Shown: piece by piece, positions 8,800 through 17,423 of the stretch
Numbering within the stretch: position 1 is the stretch's first letter
How the letters are laid out: each line of letters begins with the position of its first letter
Source of the DNA: Anaerolineales bacterium
Lineage (GTDB): Bacteria > Chloroflexota > Anaerolineae > Anaerolineales > UBA11579
Direction: 5' to 3'
DNA: 64,000 bases
Assembly (NCBI GenBank): GCA_026129335.1
Contig: JAHCIH010000001.1
Coordinates: 13,441 to 77,440 of the forward strand
The notes under the pieces: model-generated
Databases searched by the model: none
What the model was told of the DNA's origin: nothing
Seen by the model: the letters and a program-made list of their open reading frames with translations, nothing else
Translations under genes and position numbers: made by a program

Positions 8800-10289
8800 G
8801 CACCCCCCATGCGGAAGCCGCTGACGGAAGCCCAGGGCGAATACGGGTCTGTGGCTTCGACGTTCGCTGGGACATCCCGCAACTCACCCAGCGCGGCGGC
8901 CAGCAGCGCCGCCTTAGGCAGTTCCGGTGGTTGCCAATCAGCGAACTCGCGCTCCACGAAGCCAGTGTCGAGCTCTCCCGCCGCGACTTGTGGGTGGGCC
9001 AGCAGGTCTTGCAAGAAGTCGATGTTATGGGTCAGGCCCAGCAGCACAGTTTGTGACAGCGCCACCGCCATGCGCTGCAAGGCCGCGCCGCGGTCTGGTG
9101 CATGCGCGATGAGTTTGGCCAGAAGTGGGTCGTAGCTGCTGGCCACCGCATCGCCCTCGGCAATGCCGCTGTCAATGCGGACCCCCGAGCCTTGCGGCCA
9201 TTGCAAACGCAGGGCGCGGCCACCGCCCGGCAGGAAGCCGGCCGCCGGGTCTTCGGCGTAGATGCGGCACTCGATGGCGTGACCCTCTTGACGCAAATCA
9301 CTTTGCTCAAAGGGCAGGCGCTCGCCGGCAGCGATGCGCAGCTGCCACTGCACCAAGTCCAACCCAGTGACCATCTCGGTGACCGGGTGCTCGACCTGGA
9401 TGCGAGTATTCATTTCCAGGAAATGGAACTGCCGGGTTTGTGGGTCGAGCAAGAACTCCACCGTACCTGCATTGGCATAGCCAACTGCCGCCGCAGCCGC
9501 GACGGCGGCGGTCCCCATCTCAGCGCGCAGCCCTTCGTCTAATACCGGGGAGGGGCTCTCCTCGACCAGTTTTTGTCGGCGGCGCTGCAAAGAGCACTCG
9601 CGCTCAAAGAGGTGCAGGAACTTGCCATGGGTATCGCCCAGGACCTGCACTTCCACATGGCGCGCTCGCGGCAGATATTTCTCCAAAATCAAGCGCCCAT
9701 CGCCAAAGGTGCGTTTGGCTTCCTGGCGGGCGGATGCGATGGCCTCGTCCAACTCGCCGGCCTTATGCACGACGCGCTGCCCCATGCCGCCGCCGCCTGC
9801 CGCGGCTTTGACCAGCAGCGGGAAACCGATTTTAGCCGCTGCCTTCTTGAGCGCGGCAGGGCTATCCGCGCCCTGGTGACCAGGCAGCACGGGCACGCCG
9901 GCTTCAATCATCAACGCCCGAGCCCCGGCTTTGTCACCCATGGCGCGCATCGCTGCCGGCGGCGGACCGACCCAGACCAGCCCGGCTGCTTGGACCGCCT
10001 CGGCGAACTCGGCGTTCTCCGCCAAAAAGCCATAGCCGGGGTGCACGGCCCCCGCCCCACTGCGCCGGGCAGCGTCCAAGATGCGCTCGATATTCAAGTA
10101 GGATTGCGCCGCCTCAGACGGGCCGATTTCGAGAGCCTCGTCGGCCACTCGGGTGTGCAGCGCACCAGCATCCGCCTGCGAATACACCGCCACCGAACGC
10201 AGGCCCAGCTCGCGGCAGGCTCGCGCCACGCGCACGGCAATCTCGCCGCGGTTGGCGATGAGCACGGTGGTGAAAGGCAAGGGGGGCAT
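8796..10289 (-). CDS. Biotin carboxylase (acyl-CoA carboxylase alpha subunit, BC part)
   Basis: ORF 8796..10343 trimmed to ATG 10289. VLIANRGEIAVRVARAC, ATP-grasp glycine loop KAAAGGGGMGQRVV. Confidence 0.95.
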   Translation of the reverse strand: MPPLPFTTVLIANRGEIAVRVARACRELGLRSVAVYSQADAGALHTRVADEALEIGPSEAAQSYLNIERILDAARRSGAGAVHPGYGFLAENAEFAEAVQAAGLVWVGPPPAAMRAMGDKAGARALMIEAGVPVLPGHQGADSPAALKKAAAKIGFPLLVKAAAGGGGMGQRVVHKAGELDEAIASARQEAKRTFGDGRLILEKYLPRARHVEVQVLGDTHGKFLHLFERECSLQRRRQKLVEESPSPVLDEGLRAEMGTAAVAAAAAVGYANAGTVEFLLDPQTRQFHFLEMNTRIQVEHPVTEMVTGLDLVQWQLRIAAGERLPFEQSDLRQEGHAIECRIYAEDPAAGFLPGGGRALRLQWPQGSGVRIDSGIAEGDAVASSYDPLLAKLIAHAPDRGAALQRMAVALSQTVLLGLTHNIDFLQDLLAHPQVAAGELDTGFVEREFADWQPPELPKAALLAAALGELRDVPANVEATDPYSPWASVSGFRMGGA

Positions 10290-10295
10290 AAAACA

Positions 10296-10301
10296 ATTGT
10301 A
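10296..10301 (-). promoter_or_regulatory. -10-like TACAAT 6 nt upstream of the biotin carboxylase ATG (possible leaderless start)
   Basis: Minus strand reads gatTACAATtgttttATG with no SD. The hexamer is part of the palindrome ACAATTGT. Confidence 0.35.
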
Positions 10302-10402
10302 ATCTTGGCTTTGGTGAATAAACACGAGAACACCTACATACACAAAGAAATTAGATATGATATTGTTAACAATTGTTTATCAGGAATTGGAAGGTCCCAA
10401 GC

Positions 10403-10609
10403 ATGAAGAACGAAACTATTAACGCGCTACTCGCCGGCGTGTTGGCTTTGCCGCTGACTGCTGAGCAACCCTACCTGGACCCTGGGTCCGGCAGCTTCAT
10501 TTTGCAAATCATCATCGCCAGCCTGGCGGCGGTGAGCTATGCGTTCCGGCAGCAGTTGGGACGCCTCGTGAAATTCTTCCGCCGTTCGAAGGACGACAAA
10601 GAGCAATAG
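10403..10609 (+). CDS. Small membrane protein (68 aa) with YLDPGSGS motif
   Basis: ORF 10373..10609 trimmed to ATG 10403, preceded by GGAAGG. Signal-like N-terminus, DPGSGSFILQIIIASLAAVSYAF helix, basic tail. Lies 11 nt upstream of the methyltransferase. Confidence 0.4.
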   Translation: MKNETINALLAGVLALPLTAEQPYLDPGSGSFILQIIIASLAAVSYAFRQQLGRLVKFFRRSKDDKEQ

Positions 10610-10620
10610 CCCGCTCCATC

Positions 10621-12000
10621 ATGGCTGAACACAAGGTCACTGCCTCTTTCCGCGACCCCAGCGGTTTCGTTTTCATCCGCAACGGGGAGCTGTACCGCCA
10701 AGTCAATCAAAGCTACAAACCTGATTACGACCTGCTAAACCAATCCGGCCTCTATGAGGAGTTGGCCGCGGCGGGGTTGCTGATCCCACATCGCGAAGTC
10801 TCTGCCGCACCCACAGACAAAGCGCTGGCTTATAAGGTGCTGAGCCCGGAACGGGTCGGCTTCATTTCTTACGCGTACGAATGGTCTTTCAGCCAATTAA
10901 AAGACGCCGCTCTGCTAACCTTGGACTTGCAGAAGCGCGCCTTGGCGCGCGGCATGTGGTTGAAGGACGCCAGCAGCAGCAACATTCAATTCCACAACGG
11001 CCGTCCCATCCTTATTGACAGCTTGTCGTTCGAAACCTATCCAGAGGGACAGCCATGGACCGCCTATCGCCAGTTCTGCCAGCACTTTCTGGCTCCGCTG
11101 GCGTTGATGGCGTTGGTGGACGTGCGCCTGGGCCAGTTGCTGCGTAACCAGATCGACGGCATCGATCTGGATTTGTGTTCGCGGCTGCTACCCGGCTCCA
11201 CCCGACTGAATTCCGGTCTGCTGGTGCACATTCACGCGCATGCCTCAGCCCAGAAGCGCTATGCAGGGCGTTCTACGGCCACCGCAGCCGCCCGCGGTGG
11301 GATGGGCAAGACTGCCCTGCTTGGCTTAGTAGACCATTTGGAACGCACTGTCGCCAAGCTGCACTGGCAGCCGGCGGGCAGTGCTTGGGGCAACTACTAT
11401 TCAGAGACGAACTACAGCAATGTCGCCGAAACGCATAAGGCAGAACTGGTCGAAAATTATCTCAAGAAAACCAAACCCAGGACAGTGTGGGATATGGGGG
11501 CCAACAATGGCCTCTACAGTCGCATCGCCAGCCGCTTGGGCGCTTTCACCCTTTCACAGGATTACGACCCCGCCGCGGTAGAGCAGAACTACCTACAGGT
11601 CAAGGCCGACCAGGAAACTTCGCTGCTCCCTCTGTTGGTTGACTTGGCCAATCCCAGCGCGGCTTCGGGCTGGGCTAACCAGGAACGTTTGACACTGGTG
11701 CAGCGCGGCACTCCGGATGCGCTGATGGCCCTGGCGTTGGTGCATCATCTGGCCATTGGCAACAACCTGCCGCTGGCGCACATCGCCGAATTCCTCGCCA
11801 GCCTGGCTCCCTGGCTGGTTATCGAATTCGTCCCAAAGAGCGACTCGCAGGTGCAGCGCCTGCTGGCGGCGCGCAAGGACATCTTTGATGATTACACGCT
11901 AGACGGTTTTGCCAAGGCTTTTGGTCGGAAATTCAAAATTGAAGGGCAGGCCGATATCGCTGAGTCGGAACGCACTCTGTTTCTGTTAAAGCGCAAGTAA
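10621..12000 (+). CDS. Class I SAM-dependent methyltransferase (NoeA-like family)
   Basis: N-terminal FRDPSGFVF...LYRQV pattern and SAM-binding-like VWDMGANNGLYS in the C-terminal half. Confidence 0.65.
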   Translation: MAEHKVTASFRDPSGFVFIRNGELYRQVNQSYKPDYDLLNQSGLYEELAAAGLLIPHREVSAAPTDKALAYKVLSPERVGFISYAYEWSFSQLKDAALLTLDLQKRALARGMWLKDASSSNIQFHNGRPILIDSLSFETYPEGQPWTAYRQFCQHFLAPLALMALVDVRLGQLLRNQIDGIDLDLCSRLLPGSTRLNSGLLVHIHAHASAQKRYAGRSTATAAARGGMGKTALLGLVDHLERTVAKLHWQPAGSAWGNYYSETNYSNVAETHKAELVENYLKKTKPRTVWDMGANNGLYSRIASRLGAFTLSQDYDPAAVEQNYLQVKADQETSLLPLLVDLANPSAASGWANQERLTLVQRGTPDALMALALVHHLAIGNNLPLAHIAEFLASLAPWLVIEFVPKSDSQVQRLLAARKDIFDDYTLDGFAKAFGRKFKIEGQADIAESERTLFLLKRK

Positions 12001-12010
12001 CCCTATTCCC

Positions 12011-13621
<1,611 letters not shown>

Positions 13622-13628
13622 AAAAACG

Positions 13629-13634
13629 ATTATA
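13629..13634 (-). promoter_or_regulatory. Consensus -10 TATAAT 7 nt upstream of the carboxyltransferase GTG (possible leaderless start)
   Basis: Minus strand reads aaacgtaTATAATcgtttttGTGgaaccc, confirmed by the overlapping ORF translation [12 protein letters not shown]. No SD. Confidence 0.4.
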
Positions 13635-13899
13635 TACGTTTGAGAAACAGTGAATGGCGATTAAGGATAGGGGGTCAGAAATCAAATACTCAACTACTAG
13701 ACCAGTGTGGTTCCTGTAGATCCTGTCGGAATTCTCGATAATGTCGAGCGTGTCGCCTGTGTCGCTGCTTGACAAGCAAGTCGAGCCGTTGGCGTGAGGC
13801 AAAGGCGCCAGGAAGCGGCGAGCGCCGGTTCATGCTGAACATGCCAACATTATCTTATAAAGCGTGAAGGACGGGTAAAAAAGCGAATCGCTCGTCAAG

Positions 13900-16284
13900 C
13901 TACTGATTTCTAAAATACGCCACTGTTACCCCTTCGCCGCCTTCGTGCGGCAAGGCATAATCGTAGCGCTCTACATAGTTGCGCTTGCCCAGCTCTTTGC
14001 GCACCATGTCGCGCAGCACCCCCGTGCCCTTGCCGTGCACGATGCGGGCAGAGGGCAGCCCGGCGGCGTAGGCCTGGTCCAGATATCTGTCCAGCTGAGT
14101 GAGGGCGTCTTCGTAGCGCTGGCCGCGCAGCTGCAGTTCGGTGCCCGGCGACTGCGGCAGCGCCTGCACGCCGCTCCAGCCGCGCTCACTCTCGCCGTTG
14201 GGCGCGGCGCTATCGGGCAGCAGTTCCAGGTCGCCCAGCTTGGCGCGGGCACGCAGCGCGCCGATTTGCACCTCGGCGTCGCCCTCGCCCAGGGCGATGA
14301 CCACGCCGCGGTGGCCGAGGCTGCGCACCTGCACCAGGTCACCGAGGCGCAGCGGCCGGTCGGGCGCCGATTCGGGCACGGCCTGCCGACGAATGGGCGT
14401 CTCCAGGGGCTCTTCCAGGGTTTCGATCTCGCGCTGCACGACTTGCACGTCTTGCAGGGGTTGGCGGGCGCGGGCCAGTTGGGCACGCAGCTTGCCCGCC
14501 TCGGCGCGCAATGCTTCGAGTTCGGCTTGGGATTCTTTGCGAGCGGCTTCCAAGATTTCCAGCCGCTCGTCTTCGATGGCTTCCAGCCGCGCGGCCAGCT
14601 CGGCCTGCAGAGATTGCGCGGCGCGTTGCGCCTCTTCGGCCCGGGCGCGCGCCTGGCGGCTGCGTTCGCGCTCGCGGTGGATTTCATCCAGCAGGTCCTC
14701 GGAGCGCAGTTCATCCGGGTCAATGCTGCCGCGGGCTGCTTCGACGATCTCTTTGGGCAAGCCCAGTCGGGTAGCGATGGCCAGCGCATTGGAGCGGCCG
14801 GGCAAGCCGACCACCAAGTGATAGGTAGGCGCCAGAGTTTTCAAGTCGAACTCCACGCTGGCGTTGACCACGCCCGGGGTGGCGTGGGCGTAGTCCTTGA
14901 GTTCAGGATAGTGCGTGGCGACAAAGGTAGTGATGCCCGCTTTGACCAAATGGTCCAGTAGGCCGCGAGCCAGCGCGGCGCCTTCTTGCGGGTCGGTGCC
15001 GGCGCCCAACTCATCGAGGATGACCAGCGAACGCTGGTCGGCGGCCTTGAGGATGCGGATGATATTGGTGATGTGCCCAGAGAATGTGGAAAGCGATTGC
15101 TCGATAGATTGCTCGTCGCCGATGTCCGCATGCACCGCTTCGAAATACGAAAGCTGGCTGCCAACAGCAGTCGGAATGTGCAGGCCGCTCTGGCTCATCA
15201 GCGCCAGCAAGCCGACGGTCTTGAGCGTCACCGTCTTGCCGCCAGTGTTCGGCCCGGTGATGACGAGGCAATAGTTCTCGGGGAAAAGTTCGATATCCAG
15301 CGGGACCACACTCGCCGGGTCCAGCAGCGGGTGGCGTGCGCCAAACAGGCGGACCACCACGCCGGGGTGCCGTGCGCCTTCGGCGCGGGCAGGCTGCATG
15401 GCGAGCAACTCGACCGGCCGTGCGCCCAGCTCTTCAGCGTAGCGGGCGCGGGCGAAGTTGAGGTCGAGCTCAGCCAGGCCCTGCATCACTGCGGTGATGT
15501 CTTCGGCCTGTTGCGCCACCAGCGCGCTCAGTTCCATTAAGATACGTTTTTCCTCATCGCGCTCAGCCAGCTGCAGCTCGCGCCAGCGGTTGTTGAGTTC
15601 GACCACCTGCAAAGGCTCAATGAACAGGGTAGCCCCGGAAGAGGACTGGTCGTGGACCACGCCCTTGGCGCGCACCCGCGAGTCGGCCTTGATGGGCAGC
15701 ACATAGCGCCCGTCGCGTTGGGTGATGATGGGCTCCTGTAACGCCTTGGCGAAGGGCTCGCTAGTGAGCAGTTTTTGCATGCGGGCCAGCAGCCGTTCGT
15801 GGACCACGCCCAATTCGCTGCGAATGGAAGCCAATTTGGACGAAGCCGAATCGAGGATCTCGGCGCGGGGTGAGATGGCTTTGGTGATGGCATCCACCAC
15901 CCCCGCCGGGCTGGGCATGCGCGCAGCGATTTCGGCCAGCAGAGGCCGCTCGGCGGCCTCGTCAACCAACTGGCGAACCAGGGTGCGCCCAGCCACCAAG
16001 GTGCCTTTTACGTCGAGCAGCTCGTTGGCCGCCAGCGCTTGGCCGCGGCCGGCAGCACGCAGGTATTCGCGCATATCTCTGGCGCCACCCACGCCGATCT
16101 GCGGCTGGGCTTTCAGCAGTCCCCGTGCTTCGCCGGTCAGGGCCAGCCAACGCTGCGCTTCGGCCAGCGAAGCGGCCGGGCGCAGCGCGGCGGCCCGCTC
16201 CGCAGACAGGCTGAAGCTGGCATGGCGGGCCAGGCGCGCCAACACCTTGGGGAACTCCAGGGTTTGCAGGGCTTTTTCGTCCAT
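13900..16284 (-). CDS. mutS2: Endonuclease MutS2 (MutS domain + C-terminal Smr)
   Basis: Walker A GPNTGGKTVTLKTVG, long coiled-coil, C-terminal Smr (RIVHGKGTGVLR). Confidence 0.95.
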   Translation of the reverse strand: MDEKALQTLEFPKVLARLARHASFSLSAERAAALRPAASLAEAQRWLALTGEARGLLKAQPQIGVGGARDMREYLRAAGRGQALAANELLDVKGTLVAGRTLVRQLVDEAAERPLLAEIAARMPSPAGVVDAITKAISPRAEILDSASSKLASIRSELGVVHERLLARMQKLLTSEPFAKALQEPIITQRDGRYVLPIKADSRVRAKGVVHDQSSSGATLFIEPLQVVELNNRWRELQLAERDEEKRILMELSALVAQQAEDITAVMQGLAELDLNFARARYAEELGARPVELLAMQPARAEGARHPGVVVRLFGARHPLLDPASVVPLDIELFPENYCLVITGPNTGGKTVTLKTVGLLALMSQSGLHIPTAVGSQLSYFEAVHADIGDEQSIEQSLSTFSGHITNIIRILKAADQRSLVILDELGAGTDPQEGAALARGLLDHLVKAGITTFVATHYPELKDYAHATPGVVNASVEFDLKTLAPTYHLVVGLPGRSNALAIATRLGLPKEIVEAARGSIDPDELRSEDLLDEIHRERERSRQARARAEEAQRAAQSLQAELAARLEAIEDERLEILEAARKESQAELEALRAEAGKLRAQLARARQPLQDVQVVQREIETLEEPLETPIRRQAVPESAPDRPLRLGDLVQVRSLGHRGVVIALGEGDAEVQIGALRARAKLGDLELLPDSAAPNGESERGWSGVQALPQSPGTELQLRGQRYEDALTQLDRYLDQAYAAGLPSARIVHGKGTGVLRDMVRKELGKRNYVERYDYALPHEGGEGVTVAYFRNQ

Positions 16285-16291
16285 CAGGTCG

Positions 16292-16300
16292 AGTCTATCA
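16292..16300 (-). promoter_or_regulatory. Extended -10-like TGaTAGACT 7 nt upstream of the mutS2 ATG
   Basis: Minus strand reads cgcTGaTAGACTcgacctgATG, confirmed by the ORF translation NSLIDST*. No SD. Confidence 0.3.
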
Positions 16301-16372
16301 GCGAATTTTGCCGCTTTGCGCCGGATTTACGGCTATTAGTGCAGCCTGTCACGCAAGAAAATTTTCTGCCTG

Positions 16373-16401
16373 TTGATTCCTCTGAGGAAATTCTGTAGAA
16401 T
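16373..16401 (+). promoter_or_regulatory. Sigma-70-type promoter for spoVS
   Basis: -35 TTGATT (16373-16378), 17-nt spacer, -10 TAGAAT (16396-16401). RBS GGAAGG precedes ATG 16447. The -10 lies inside the inverted repeat GGAAATTC-TGTA-GAATTTCC (16386-16405). Confidence 0.55.
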
Positions 16402-16446
16402 TTCCATACTGTCGCTGCACTCCGCCAACAAAGCGGAAGGCCGAAC

Positions 16447-16737
16447 ATGGATGTAATCAAGGTTTCAGGCGCCTCCCGTACGTCCGCCGTCGCCGGTGCA
16501 ATCGCCGGCGTCTTCCGCGAGAGTAAGCGGGCGGAAGTGCAGGCCATCGGCGCCGGGGCGGTGAATCAGGCGGTGAAGGCGTTGGTTTTGGCCCGCGGCT
16601 ACCTACGGGAGGACGGCTACGATGTGATCTGCTGCCCCGAGTTCTCCGATGTAGAGATCGACGGCAAGGTGCGCACGGCCATCAAGCTGGTCGTCGAGGA
16701 GCGAAGCGCATCCGCAAACGAAAACGCCGCTGAATAG
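16447..16737 (+). CDS. spoVS: Stage V sporulation protein S homologue
   Basis: MDVIKVSGASRTSAVAGAIAGVFRE...AIGAGAVNQAVKA matches the SpoVS family along its full length. Confidence 0.9.
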   Translation: MDVIKVSGASRTSAVAGAIAGVFRESKRAEVQAIGAGAVNQAVKALVLARGYLREDGYDVICCPEFSDVEIDGKVRTAIKLVVEERSASANENAAE

Positions 16738-16749
16738 CGGCGTTTTTTC
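16723..16749 (+). terminator. Intrinsic terminator of spoVS
   Basis: Stem AACGCCGCT / AGCGGCGTT with loop GAAT overlapping the stop codon, followed by TTTTTC. Confidence 0.8.
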
Positions 16750-16760
16750 TTGTCCAAGCG

Positions 16761-17423
16761 CTAATCGCTGTAGCTGCGCACTTCTTCTGGTGAGAAAGCC
16801 ACCTGTTCCTGCCCTTGCAGGCGCGCCTCCACTTTCTGGGCGATCAATTCCAGATGGCCGTTGTGCGCCACGAAGTCCATGTCGTCGGTGGGCACGATCA
16901 GCACCGGGCAGAAGGTGAGGTTGCTGATCCATTCCTCGTACAGCTCATTGAGCTGGATGAGGTACTGAGGGTCGATATTGCTCTCGAAGTCGCGCCCGCG
17001 CATGGCGATGCGCCGCTGCAGGGTGGGCAGCGAGGCGCGCAGGTAGATCACCAGATCGGGCGGGTGCAGCATATCGCAGAGCAGGTTGTAGAGCCGGCGG
17101 TAGGTGGCGTAGTCACGCTCGTTGATCTGTCCGGAGAGGAAAAGGTTCTTGGCGAAGATCTCGGCGTCTTCGTATACCGAACGGTCCTGCACCACGGATT
17201 TGGGGTCCGCCAGTAACGAGAGGTGCATGCGCAGGCGATGGCTGAGGAAAAAGACCTGGGAATGGAACGCCCAGGTCTTCATGTCGGCGTAAAAGTCGGA
17301 GAGGTAGGGGTTTTCGGCCACCGGTTCGTAGTAGGGCTGCCAGTCGAAGCGGGCGCATAACTTGTCCACCAAGGTGGATTTTCCAACGCCAATATTGCCC
17401 GCTATCGCTACGTACTGTTTCAC
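16761..17423 (-). CDS. Deoxynucleoside kinase
   Basis: P-loop IAGNIGVGKSTL. dAK/dGK-family pattern EPVAENPYLSDFY...FHSQVFFL. Confidence 0.85.
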   Translation of the reverse strand: MKQYVAIAGNIGVGKSTLVDKLCARFDWQPYYEPVAENPYLSDFYADMKTWAFHSQVFFLSHRLRMHLSLLADPKSVVQDRSVYEDAEIFAKNLFLSGQINERDYATYRRLYNLLCDMLHPPDLVIYLRASLPTLQRRIAMRGRDFESNIDPQYLIQLNELYEEWISNLTFCPVLIVPTDDMDFVAHNGHLELIAQKVEARLQGQEQVAFSPEEVRSYSD

